Shown here piece after piece: positions 41,977-54,082 of a DNA stretch of 64,000 nucleotides. Numbering within the stretch: the first letter of the stretch is position 1; every line of letters starts with the position of its first letter. Source of the stretch: Eledone cirrhosa (lineage: Eukaryota); assembly GCA_964016885.1 (NCBI GenBank), contig OZ024755.1, forward strand, positions 12,896,001 to 12,960,000, written 5' to 3'. A program made the translations under genes and the position numbers. The notes under the pieces were generated by a model. It was not told the origin of the DNA. It saw nothing but the letters and a program-made list of their open reading frames with translations, and made no database searches.

Positions 41977-43352
41977 TCACTAAATCTTGAACCAACTGAC
42001 ATCTTAACACTGGAAGATAATGTCCTACTTTCCAAGATATTCTTTTACTGGTTTTAGTTATTAAATTGTGACCACGCTGAGACCACTGCATTGTTAAACC
42101 ACAAAATTACAGGACATTAAAACATACACGTGTATGTTGATAATTTGGTTAAGACACAACACCAGGTTCTTAGGAGGTTGAGAGAACTCAGCAAAGAAAT
42201 GACAGCAGTAGCCAATATGAATTCATGTGAAACAGGGCAGAGTTTTACACCTTTTTATAAATTTCTTAGGTAACTTTCCAAACCATTCTATTTAAAATCA
42301 TGTAAGAGGCCAACTCACTGCACATATACAATCTAGATACAAAACTTCAATTTTTACCAGCTGATTTAAGATCCACATGTCCTCATCAAATTAGGTTCAA
42401 TGAGAATTCAACACAATCTGTAGCAATTTTTCCAACACCACCCTTTCTCTACTTTCATTTTAACATCCAGTGAAGAGTTAGCATAAAATGCCCCAAAATA
42501 GATCTGCTAATTCAAATGTTTATATCTTTACTAAGAGACAAATCAGTAACAAAATTCGCAGTAAAGTCTTTCACATTTAACATGATGCAGTCATAGTACT
42601 GTTCCATACTTTTCAAGAATGTCTTGCTAATAGTTTCATATGGTACATATTTTAAAGTGATGAATATTTGAGTATGAATGATTGTTTCCTGAGGAACTAG
42701 CACCAACATTGAGCTAGGCCAGACCTGCGTATTAAGGAATTATTATAGCAGTATTTTGTCAAAGTATGACATACAGTCAAATACTTTGTTGTACACTGCT
42801 ACTACCAGTTTAAAACATTTTTTTTAAATGATTCATTAGTTTAACTGTACATACGGGGGCCTATTGCATGTGTAGTACATAATGTCTGTATGCATATTTA
42901 CCACATAAGCCTATAGGTGACTCCGATGTCACTTTATCAGCTAGAAATAATAACCACATCACCATCAATCAACTCACATTATATTGTCTGAATCCTTTTC
43001 ATACCAAGAGCCATACTCCCATTAAATGACAACTTAAGCCTTTTGATACTAAACCATCTGGAGCAATCCTTAGTTCTATTTAGAGACAGAATGGTCACAT
43101 GAAAAAAACGTAATCTACCAAATCAAGATCAACTTGGCACTACACAACACAATATTGTTCTGAAATCAGGGTACCACACTTTACAGTAAGTTTGACAGCT
43201 TATTTTAAAAATTATGTATGTAAAGAAGATAGATGCTATGAATTCTGACCTGTTTTAGACCAATCACTCAAATATGACACCCACTCTCTTTCACATATAT
43301 ATCATACGAAATACTCATGCATAACAAGACGTAGTGACAAATTTGTATAGAA

Positions 43353-43479
43353 AAGTGTACCATAAACGAAGTAACTGAGGCCAACATAAAGTTGGAGCAG
43401 TGTTGCAAAATATGGAATTACTTTAGCAATGGCAAGTCATAGTATATGAGGTTAACATATACTAAGTGTTACATTGCTT
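43353..43479 (-). ncRNA. Box H/ACA snoRNA copy E (1503-bp array)
   Basis: Intact structure, boxes and pockets. Confidence 0.82.
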
Positions 43480-44855
43480 TCACTAAATCTTGAACCAACT
43501 GACATCTTAACACTGGAAGATAATGTCCTACTTTCCAAGATATTCTTTTACTGGTTTTAGTTATTAAATTGTGACCACGCTGAGACCACTGCATTGTTAA
43601 ACCACAAAATTACAGGACATTAAAACATACACGTGTATGTTGATAATTTGGTTAAGACACAACACCAGGTTCTTAGGAGGTTGAGAGAACTCAGCAAAGA
43701 AATGACAGCAGTAGCCAATATGAATTCATGTGAAACAGGGCAGAGTTTTACACCTTTTTATAAATTTCTTAGGTAACTTTCCAAACCATTCTATTTAAAA
43801 TCATGTAAGAGGCCAACTCACTGCACATATACAATCTAGATACAAAACTTCAATTTTTACCAGCTGATTTAAGATCCACATGTCCTCATCAAATTAGGTT
43901 CAATGAGAATTCAACACAATCTGTAGCAATTTTTCCAACACCACCCTTTCTCTACTTTCATTTTAACATCCAGTGAAGAGTTAGCATAAAATGCCCCAAA
44001 ATAGATCTGCTAATTCAAATGTTTATATCTTTACTAAGAGACAAATCAGTAACAAAATTCGCAGTAAAGTCTTTCACATTTAACATGATGCAGTCATAGT
44101 ACTGTTCCATACTTTTCAAGAATGTCTTGCTAATAGTTTCATATGGTACATATTTTAAAGTGATGAATATTTGAGTATGAATGATTGTTTCCTGAGGAAC
44201 TAGCACCAACATTGAGCTAGGCCAGACCTGCGTATTAAGGAATTATTATAGCAGTATTTTGTCAAAGTATGACATACAGTCAAATACTTTGTTGTACACT
44301 GCTACTACCAGTTTAAAACATTTTTTTTAAATGATTCATTAGTTTAACTGTACATACGGGGGCCTATTGCATGTGTAGTACATAATGTCTGTATGCATAT
44401 TTACCACATAAGCCTATAGGTGACTCCGATGTCACTTTATCAGCTAGAAATAATAACCACATCACCATCAATCAACTCACATTATATTGTCTGAATCCTT
44501 TTCATACCAAGAGCCATACTCCCATTAAATGACAACTTAAGCCTTTTGATACTAAACCATCTGGAGCAATCCTTAGTTCTATTTAGAGACAGAATGGTCA
44601 CATGAAAAAAACGTAATCTACCAAATCAAGATCAACTTGGCACTACACAACACAATATTGTTCTGAAATCAGGGTACCACACTTTACAGTAAGTTTGACA
44701 GCTTATTTTAAAAATTATGTATGTAAAGAAGATAGATGCTATGAATTCTGACCTGTTTTAGACCAATCACTCAAATATGACACCCACTCTCTTTCACATA
44801 TATATCATACGAAATACTCATGCATAACAAGACGTAGTGACAAATTTGTATAGAA

Positions 44856-44982
44856 AAGTGTACCATAAACGAAGTAACTGAGGCCAACATAAAGTTGGAG
44901 CAGTGTTGCAAAATATGGAATTACTTTAGCAATGGCAAGTCATAGTATATGAGGTTAACATATACTAAGTGTTACATTGCTT
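44856..44982 (-). ncRNA. Box H/ACA snoRNA copy F (1503-bp array)
   Basis: Appears identical to copy E. Confidence 0.82.
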
Positions 44983-46358
44983 TCACTAAATCTTGAACCA
45001 ACTGACATCTTAACACTGGAAGATAATGTCCTACTTTCCAAGATATTCTTTTACTGGTTTTAGTTATTAAATTGTGACCACGCTGAGACCACTGCATTGT
45101 TAAACCACAAAATTACAGGACATTAAAACATACACGTGTATGTTGATAATTTGGTTAAGACACAACACCAGGTTCTTAGGAGGTTGAGAGAACTCAGCAA
45201 AGAAATGACAGCAGTAGCCAATATGAATTCATATGAAACAGGGCAGAGTTTTACACCTTTTTATAAATTTCTTAGGTAACTTTCCAAACCATTCTATTTA
45301 AAATCATGTAAGAGGCCAACTCACTGCACATATACAATCTAGATACAAAACTTCAATTTTTACCAGCTGATTTAAGATCCACATGTCCTCATCAAATTAG
45401 GTTCAATGAGAATTCAACACAATCTGTAGCAATTTTTCCAACACCACCCTTTCTCTACTTTCATTTTAACATCCAGTGAAGAGTTAGCATAAAATGCCCC
45501 AAAATAGATCTGCTAATTCAAATGTTTATATCTTTACTAAGAGACAAATCAGTATCAAAATTCGCAGTAAAGTCTTTCACATTTAACATGATGCAGTCAT
45601 AGTACTGTTCCATACTTTTCAAGAATGTCTTGCTAATAGTTTCATATGGTACATATTTTAAAGTGATGAATATTTGAGTATGAATGATTGTTTCCTGAGG
45701 AACTAGCACCAACATTGAGCTAGGCCAGACCTGCGTATTAAGGAATTATTATAGCAGTATTTTGTCAAAGTATGACATACAGTCAAATACTTTGTTGTAC
45801 ACTGCTACTACCAGTTTAAAACATTTTTTTTAAATGATTCATTAGTTTAACTGTACATACGGGGGCCTATTGCATGTGTAGTACATAATGTCTGTATGCA
45901 TATTTACCACATAAGCCTATAGGTGACTCCGATGTCACTTTATCAGCTAGAAATAATAACCACATCACCATCAATCAACTCACATTATATTGTCTGAATC
46001 CTTTTCATACCAAGAGCCATACTCCCATTAAATGACAACTTAAGCCTTTTGATACTAAACCATCTGGAGCAATCCTTAGTTCTATTTAGAGACAGAATGG
46101 TCACATGAAAAAAACGTAATCTACCAAATCAAGATCAACTTGGCACTACACAACACAATATTGTTCTGAAATCAGGGTACCACACTTTACAGTAAGTTTG
46201 ACAGCTTATTTTAAAAATTATGTATGTAAAGAAGATAGATGCTATGAATTCTGACCTGTTTTAGACCAATCACTCAAATATGACACCCACTCTCTTTCAC
46301 ATATATATCATACGAAATACTCATGCATAACAAGACGTAGTGACAAATTTGTATAGAA

Positions 46359-46485
46359 AAGTGTACCATAAACGAAGTAACTGAGGCCAACATAAAGTTG
46401 GAGCAGTGTTGCAAAATATGGAATTACTTTAGCAATGGCAAGTCATAGTATATGAGGTTAACATATACTAAGTGTTACATTGCTT
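46359..46485 (-). ncRNA. Box H/ACA snoRNA copy G (1503-bp array)
   Basis: Appears identical to copy E. Confidence 0.82.
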
Positions 46486-47906
46486 TCACTAAATCTTGAA
46501 CCAACTGACATCTTAACACTGGAAGATAATGTCCTACTTTCCAAGATATTCTTTTACTGGTTTTAGTTATTAAATTGTGACCACGCTGAGACCACTGCAT
46601 TGTTAAACCACAAAATTACAGGACATTAAAACATACACGTGTATGTTGATAATTTGGTTAAGACACAACACCAGGTTCTTAGGAGGTTGAGAGAACTCAG
46701 CAAAGAAATGACAGCAGTAGCCAATATGAATTCATATGAAACAGGGCAGAGTTTTACACCTTTTTATAAATTTCTTAGGTAACTTTCCAAACCATTCTAT
46801 TTAAAATCATGTAAGAGGCCAACTCACTGCACATATACAATCTAGATACAAAACTTCAATTTTTACCAGCTGATTTAAGATCCACATGTCCTCATCAAAT
46901 TAGGTTCAATGAGAATTCAACACAATCTGTAGCAATTTTTCCAACACCACCCTTTCTCTACTTTCATTTTAACATCCAGTGAAGAGTTAGCATAAAATGC
47001 CCCAAAATAGATCTGCTAATTCAAATGTTTATATCTTTACTAAGAGACAAATCAGTATCAAAATTCGCAGTAAAGTCTTTCACATTTAACATGATGCAGT
47101 CATAGTACTGTTCCATACTTTTCAAGAATGTCTTGCTAATAGTTTCATATGGTACATATTTTAAAGTGATGAATATTTGAGTACGAATGATTGTTTCCTG
47201 CAATGAGTAACTGGCACCAACATTGAACTAGGCCAGACTTGCATATTAAGGAATTATTATAGCAGTATTTTATCAAAGTAGATGACATACAGTCAAATAC
47301 TCCGTCGAACACTGCATCTATCAGTAGAAGACAGTCAAATACTAACCCATTTGCTGGCTCTCATAAAACTGCAGAAAGGCCAACATCTCATATGGGAGAG
47401 AATTAAAATACACAAACACAGTATAGGGCCCTCCTTACCCCGGCAGTGATGATGGTGCAATACAATCAACCTAACCATAAAACACCATACAGACACAAAG
47501 ATTGTTTTGTTTGGGGCTTGGTAAGTAGTAGTGTTTGTATGCATATTACCCATATAAGCCTATAGGTGAGCCCAGTGTCACTTTACCAGTTAGAAATAAA
47601 AACCACATCACCTTCAACTCACACCATATTGTCTTAATACTTTTCATACTAAGAAGCCTGAACAACCATACTCCCATTAAATCACAACCATCTGAAACAA
47701 CCCTTAGTTCTATGACAAAACTATTTAAAGACAGGGTGGTCATAAGAAAAAACTTATTTTAAAAGTTAAGTGTTTAAATGAGACATGATATGAACTCTGA
47801 CCCGTTTTAGACCACCCACTCAAATATGATGCCCACTCTCTTTCACACATATATATCATACAAAATACTCATGCATAACAAGACTTAGTGACAAATTTGT
47901 ATGGAA

Positions 47907-48033
47907 AAATGTACCATAAATGAAGTAACCGAGGCCAACATAAAGTCGGAGCAGTGTTGCAAAATATGGAATTACTTTAGCAATGGCAAGTCATAGTATA
48001 TGAAGTTAACATATACTAAGTGTAACATTGCTT
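47907..48033 (-). ncRNA. Box H/ACA snoRNA copy H (RPL11 intron 3)
   Basis: Two A>G changes both give G-U pairs; two-hairpin core intact, upstream third hairpin truncated at ~48075. Confidence 0.8.
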
Positions 48034-48289
48034 TCACTAAATCTTAAACCAACTGACATATTAACACTGGAATATATATACTAAGTGTAACATTGCTTTA
48101 ACTAAATCTTAATAAACAAATCCTCATCATTTTACATCCACTTTTCCCTGCTTGCAAGGGTGGGACGGGAACTGATTCTGGCTTGATTTCTACAGCTGGA
48201 TGCCCTTCCTAACACCAACCTCATTTACAGTGAGTGTTGGGTGGGTTTTTTTCCGTGGAATGATAGGGACCCCAGTCCTATCATCTCAT

Positions 48290-48428
48290 TTCTACAGCTG
48301 AGTAAACTGGAGCAATGTGAAATAAAGTGTCTTGCTCAAGGAAACAACATATCACCCGGTCTGAGAATTGAACTCACAACCTTTCGATTGTAAGCCCAAT
48401 GCTCTCACCACTAAGCCATGTGCCTCCA
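48290..48428 (-). mobile_element. tRNA-derived SINE family 2 (CORE-like domain)
   Basis: Head GGAGGCACATGGCTTAGTGG...GAGTTCAATTC and CCTTGAGCAAGACACTTTATTTCAC; related copies at ~4800-5110, 7380-8045, 19400-19660, 35690-35925. Confidence 0.75.
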
Positions 48429-49009
48429 AATACATATTTAAACTGTAGATATATATTAATATCCACTAATGAAGTCAGTTTAATAAACACAGCAATAAAA
48501 CACCATACATACACTAAGTCCAAAACAATCATCACTATAATTTTTCAGGGATAATTAGATGTAAAGACATTATAATGGCGTCAGCACATTAAAACAATCG
48601 CCTCAACAAACCATCTAAACCCATGCATGCACAGAAAAAGTCAACTTAAAAAACGAAACAGCCATGTGATAGAATCTCAATTTTAAATCACCCACCAGTC
48701 TTAACATCCAGTACCACATGAAATCTGCATTAACCAAACATTCTTAATACGTTCTGCATCACATTAAATATTTAAAGTCATTACTCTAATATTGCAAATT
48801 TCTACAATTTGTCCACTTGCGAAGATACAATTAAACATTTTAATTAACAAAAATACACTCTGCTTATACAGGTTTCTTTATAAATAACTAGTTTGTGTTT
48901 TTTCCTATTTTGTTTCATTTACTATATTTTTTAACATACCTGAACAGTTTTTTACACATTCTTGTATAACTATGAAAACGTCAGTTATAATAAAAAGGTA
49001 AAAATATAC

Positions 49010-49116
49010 CTTGAGACCTCTCTCCAGAATTTCTTCAGCTTTGGCACCACGAACAGTGCAATGGACTGCAATCTTTTCATTTCTCCTTATACCAAAGGAT
49101 CTGACGGTGTACCTAG
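49010..49116 (-). CDS. RPL11: RPL11 exon 3
   Basis: [36 protein letters not shown]; 107 nt; canonical splice sites. Confidence 0.97.
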
Positions 49117-49706
49117 CTGGTAAGAAATAAAAACAACCTCACAATAGAATATAAACTAGACCCTATTATGATGATATAAAAAGCATGGCAAAGAAACTGG
49201 ATTTGAAATGCTTTCAACTAAGCTGCTTATATCAAGTCAACTATACTAAAATAATAATGATGCACCTATACGTCCAACCCATGCTAGCATGGAAAAGCAG
49301 ACATAAAAACGTCAACGATGACACCAGAAATGTTCATAAACGCCTCAGTCGTTCATTCATTCATAAACACAAATATAAGAATTTGAAAAACAATTCACTG
49401 GTGATATTACTAAAAAAGATAAATCTCCAGATAGTGGCACAGCTGGAGCTAACTTAGAGAAAGCCTGATCACCACAGCTCTCCATTCTGATACTTACAAC
49501 CATGAAGAGTCCATTGCCACTGGTGACTTTAACAAAGTCAGTTCACAAATGTATCAAGCAGGAGCAAGCCCATGTAAAGCTCTGAATATTATTCAGGAGT
49601 TTACAAGAAGCCAAAGTAGTGGCCTAATGTGTTCAGAGATATTGCCATCTTACTATTTCCACAATTATCATCAAATCAAGAGTTCTTTTGATACAATTTT
49701 ACTTAC

Positions 49707-49863
49707 CTTTTGAAAATACAGGCTGCTGTCCAGTGAGTTGTTCCAACACTTTGGCAGCACGAGTAAGCCTATCACCAGATTCTCCAACACAAATATTCAA
49801 ACATAGCTTCTGGATGCGAAGCTGTCGCATCTGGTTGTTAGCCCGCTTGTCGTCCTTGTCGAC
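49707..49863 (-). CDS. RPL11: RPL11 exon 2
   Basis: [52 protein letters not shown]; ttag| and |gtaagt; 157 nt. Confidence 0.97.
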
Positions 49864-52042
49864 CTAAGTAGGAAAAACACCATCACAATACTACAAATAA
49901 ATTAAAACTTTCGCAACAGTTACATATTATCAGCATTTGGTAAGCCATTGAGGAATGAGGGAGTTACACAGCTACTTTCATTTGTAGCACCTCCCGACGG
50001 CATGATTATAAAAGGAAAGGAAATTTCCGTGGTCACGTGTGCAATTATTTATTCCTTGAATCTTATGTTTTACATTTAGAATGTTCATCTGGGATCAGGT
50101 CAATATTACTACCAGTTTAATACCGATCTTACAAAAATTAAAAACAGGTCGAACCGAGAGTATGGTAAATGATAGTAGAATCTAACCCGGGGGCCACACG
50201 ATGGTGTGGCGAACTACTCAGCCATGTTTGCACCAATTCTTTTAGTAAAATATATATATATAGGGAAAGAGAGAAGGCCCTTCAAATCTTCAGATTAAAA
50301 TTAGAAAATGTTACGAACAAAACACTAAAGAAATTAACAAACATTCACACAGAATCATAAAAGGAAATATATATATATATCTAATCACTGATACTGGTTT
50401 TACTATACCCATGCGGGCGTTAAACGATGGTGGTGTGGTCTAGAAACTGATTATTTTACCATCCACATGTCGAGATAACATTAGTTGGTGATTTTAATCT
50501 TAATTTCCAAAGGATTTTTAATCACAAATACTACGATTTTTAAGTTGAGTTTACTAAAATAATATCTAACTGAAGGGACACGAAATTTAATTAAAACCTT
50601 ATTCACAAATCCATTTACGATATTCACAATTCTATTTACAACGGCAATGTCTTTCTGCAAACACATACACCTTCAGTAATAATTAACAGGTACGCCAAAT
50701 CCCTGAATGGTCTATAAAATCAAGCTTTAAAAGGGCCCTATAATGTGTGTATATATATATATAAATAAAGATTGTTATGGTGCCTTCGAGGCCAATCCTT
50801 GCTTAAGAGAAAAGTGGCCATAAAATTCAAGATTGTCCAACAATATCCACTAATCTATTTAAAGGATAATATTGATATATTGTTTATTCTGCCAACTTGG
50901 TGATCCTTCAGCAATAACGTACATTTTCACAACACATGAAATAAAGTTTAACTAGTGAAGATCGACTTCACACACACAAAAAAAAAATGACAGTAATTTA
51001 CATGTGAAAGAAATGAAATCTACATCTCGCACCGATGTAGATTTAGTTCATCTATAGCGTTATAACTCACAGGTTTCTTGGATGTTTTAATAACAAGGCC
51101 TTCAGTCATCCCATGAAAAGCAACACCACGGGCCGCGAGGTCCTAGATTCTAAGTCACAACCTTATGATCGCCAGTGAAATAACCTAACTACTAAACCAT
51201 GTACCGCCACACGTGGCAACATTCGATGCATAGTGAATAATTGCATAAAATAATATATATTGTGGACAATAAAAGAAATGTAGAGCACGTGGAATAGAAA
51301 AAAATCGTACTAAAACTTACGATCAGATTTAATACAACATAATATTCGATAAATTTTCGATTTTAGTGTTATTTTCGTTTAATGAAATCTAGTTTCTAAG
51401 TTTAGTAATTTTAATCAAAATGATGCAATTAACGAAGTGCTTTTGGGCCTGATTACCTCCAAATTGATTCGTCAAAACTACGATCGGAAGAGGTTTAATT
51501 TTACTTTCTTATTAAGAAGGCACCAAAATATACTATCAACTATCAAGTATATATCTTAAATATGATCATTTGAACCTAATATAAATGAAATAAACATATG
51601 GCCATGGCAGATCTACATAGATATAACATACATCTTATATTTTTTAGGCGTCGAATAAGTTTTACATTTTCCTTAATACAAGTATCTATATAATTTAGTA
51701 ATATTTCTAGGTGTGCTGAGGAAAATCATTTTATAATTTTAAACAAATCAGTTCATATCAGATCGTATAAATAAAAGATTAACTAATTCCTGAGATTAAA
51801 GCTTAATTTGTTGGCAAATGGGTGAAAATATGATAAACACGTATTTTAGTAAGTCATGGGTAAAGAGAGGAGAGTCAAGAAATATTTATTTTCTAAGAAA
51901 TAATATATTGAACTTTAAAATCTACTTGAGAGTAAAAACATACTGTTGTATATTAATTTCAACATAAAAATATCGAAAACTAATACATTTTAATGATACG
52001 ATTGAATAGATTTTACACAGAAAAAAAGAAGTAGCAACTCAC

Positions 52043-52048
52043 CGTCAT
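52043..52048 (-). CDS. RPL11: 60S ribosomal protein L11 (uL5) exon 1 (ATG ACG)
   Basis: Minus strand reads aaaATG ACG|gtgagt just after a pyrimidine-rich initiator; vertebrate RPL11 also has a two-codon first exon. Confidence 0.85.
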
Positions 52049-52058
52049 TTTGTTTTAA

Positions 52059-52069
52059 CCGGAAAGGAA
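52059..52069 (-). promoter_or_regulatory. TCT initiator / 5'TOP tract of RPL11
   Basis: Minus strand TTCCTTTCCGG about 12-20 nt upstream of the ATG; fits the YCTYTYY motif of ribosomal protein genes. Confidence 0.75.
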
Positions 52070-52070
52070 T

Positions 52071-52099
52071 GCAAAGTGCAGTATGGGTAATATGTAGTT
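52071..52099 (-). promoter_or_regulatory. ACTACA + Staf/ZNF143-type binding site
   Basis: Minus strand AACTACATATTACCCATACTGCACTTTGC resembles the composite ACTACAnnTCCCAnnATGC element. Confidence 0.6.
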
Positions 52100-52250
52100 C
52101 AATTTTGTTTTCGTATTTAAATTGCTTTTTGCTTACAAACTTATCAAAATATTATTTAACTACTAAATAAAATTAGTATATTTTTACAAAAAAAATAATA
52201 TAACTCAATGTGTGATGACATTATTGTTTTCTTATTTTCGAACTTTAATT

Positions 52251-52264
52251 GTTGCCATGCCAAC
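52251..52264. promoter_or_regulatory. RFX X-box upstream of DRC1
   Basis: GTTGCCATGCCAAC, one mismatch from the palindromic X-box GTTGCCATGGCAAC, 27 nt before the ATG of a motile-cilium gene. Confidence 0.7.
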
Positions 52265-52291
52265 AGGATATATACAAGATAGACAATAAAT

Positions 52292-52431
52292 ATGTCGACG
52301 GTCTCTAAATTTTTCACTTTGGAACGGGATTCTAGCGATATGCAGAAGCTATTTGAGCCTGACATCAATTCAGAGGATCCTGATGAAAGGATACTCGCGA
52401 GAAGATTGAGAATTGAAAAAACGATTGAACG
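52292..52431 (+). CDS. DRC1: Dynein regulatory complex protein 1 (CCDC164) exon 1
   Basis: MSTVSKFF...[25 protein letters not shown]; matches the DRC1 N-terminal ERIxARRLRI motif; CG|gtatgg donor. Confidence 0.85.
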
Positions 52432-52492
52432 GTATGGACATAAATGAGTGGGTGTGATTATACAAAATAACGTACTTGATCTATGGCGAGTG

Positions 52493-52500
52493 CGTGTGTG

Positions 52501-52553
<53 letters not shown>

Positions 52554-52692
52554 ATATATATATATATGTGTGTGTATATATATATGTGTGTGTGTATATA
52601 TATATATATGTGTGTGTATATATATATATGTGTGTGTATATATATATATATGTGTGTGTGTATATATATATGTGTGTGTATATATATATATA

Positions 52693-52752
<60 letters not shown>

Positions 52753-52790
52753 GTGTGTATATATATATGTGTGTGTGTATATATATATAT
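52493..52790. repeat. (TA)/(TG) microsatellite in DRC1 intron 1
   Basis: Directly visible. Confidence 0.95.
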
Positions 52791-53794
52791 AATGTTGAAC
52801 AATGAAAGAATAAGTAAAAAGGTGAAGTCGTTTATTCATCCATAAATGATCATCATCATCGTTTAACGTCTATTTGTCGTGCTTGTGTGGATTAGATAGG
52901 TTGTCATGTTATGAAACAGGTCGGGTCTGGTGAGCACGTTTTGCTCATACAGATCTGTATTTTGATGTGGTTTCTGCAGCTGGGAGCCCCTCCTAACGTC
53001 AACCTTATTTACAGTGTGGACGGGTGTTTTTTCGTCGTGTCACCAACACAAGCGCATTACAGGGTGGTCTGGAAACTCTTTCGTGTCTCCAACTCGTCCA
53101 CACTACTTGGTGGACTGGAAGCTTCTTGTGTCACTAACACGATCACCTTAAAGGGTGGATTAGGTGCTGCCTCTTCTATTACCAGCACAACTACCTTATA
53201 GAGTGGGCAGAGTGCTTTTTGTCGTGTCATCAGCACGACCATTTCACAGGGTGGATTGAGTGCCTTTGTTGTTTCAGTGCCATATCACCATGTAGGTTAA
53301 ACTTAGTGCTTTTTTGTCATGGCAGCAACATTGTGGAAGAACAGATTTGGAGCATGTCCAGCTTTACATGGTTGTATGAATGGGTTGGGCAGTACAAGAG
53401 TATCAGGGTTTGAAGGAAACAACTAAGCAAGTTCGACATGATGAGCAGAGTGGGATATATATATATATATATGCAAGAGATGTCAACATGAATGGACCTA
53501 TTATTTTTATCTAAAGACATTTTTTCCAATTCCATCCCGCCCGTCCCCTTAATCTATCTTATTTCTCATTCTTTCTTCTAATGAAGGACTAGCGTCTGAA
53601 ACGTTAAGACCCTCTTCCTGCTATATCAAGTGTTAACCTAATATATACCTTCCATATACTGTACCGATTGTGTTGTTATTTCTGTTTACCTTTTACATAT
53701 ATATATATATATATAACAAAGGAATTGTGGTAAGGCACCAGATGGACCATAACGCACCAAAGTACTCAATACTTAGGGTAGTAGAGTGGGAAAT

Positions 53795-53932
53795 AAGAAA
53801 AAGTATGACCCCGACGGCAGAGCTCAAGCCGTTTCGAGGGCGATTTCTGGACTAAATTAGAATTTTCTAATTTAGTCCAGAAATAGCCGTGGAAATGGCT
53901 TGAGCTCTGCCGTCGAGGTCATACTTTTTCCT
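53795..53932. repeat. Fold-back palindrome, ~67-bp arms
   Basis: GAAAAAGTATGACC..GAGCTCAAGCC..GGACTAAATTAGAA / TTCTAATTTAGTCC..GGCTTGAGCTC..GGTCATACTTTTTC. Confidence 0.9.
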
Positions 53933-53995
53933 ATATATATATATATATATATAAATGGAGAGAGAATAACTAAGTTATACTTAAAACATCATTTT

Positions 53996-54082
53996 AATTC
54001 TACATGTTTCAATGTATAATGGCGGGCCATACCACAATATATGCGAGGCATCCATCTGCCACTCTACATATCTTCAGGAATT
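53996..54082 (-). ncRNA. Type I hammerhead ribozyme motif (Penelope-like element terminal repeat type)
   Basis: Minus strand AATTC-CTGAAGA-[long stem II TATGTAGAGTGGC...GCCATTATACATT]-GAAAC-AT-GTA-GAATT; 5-bp stem I, palindromic ACATGT stem III, GUA cleavage triplet. Confidence 0.65.

Larger units (their letters stand above)
40815..47200. repeat. Near-identical tandem array, 1503-bp unit, ~4.25 copies, in RPL11 intron 3
   Basis: Exact 1503-bp spacing of repeated ORF ends (41009, 42512, 44015, 45518, 47021) and of snoRNA copies D-G; diverged homologous flanks at 40384-40815 and 47200-48075. Confidence 0.95.

Noticed and set aside
41009-47203. Five-fold repeated 60-65-aa ORF in the tandem array
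   Set aside because: Non-ATG starts, intronic, and a diverged copy occurs at ~54385-54450, indicating a dispersed repeat fragment carried along by the duplication
37648-48075. CRISPR-like or integron-like reading of the regularly spaced conserved element
   Set aside because: Eukaryotic intron; the spacers are homologous to each other rather than unique; the conserved unit is explained by H/ACA structure
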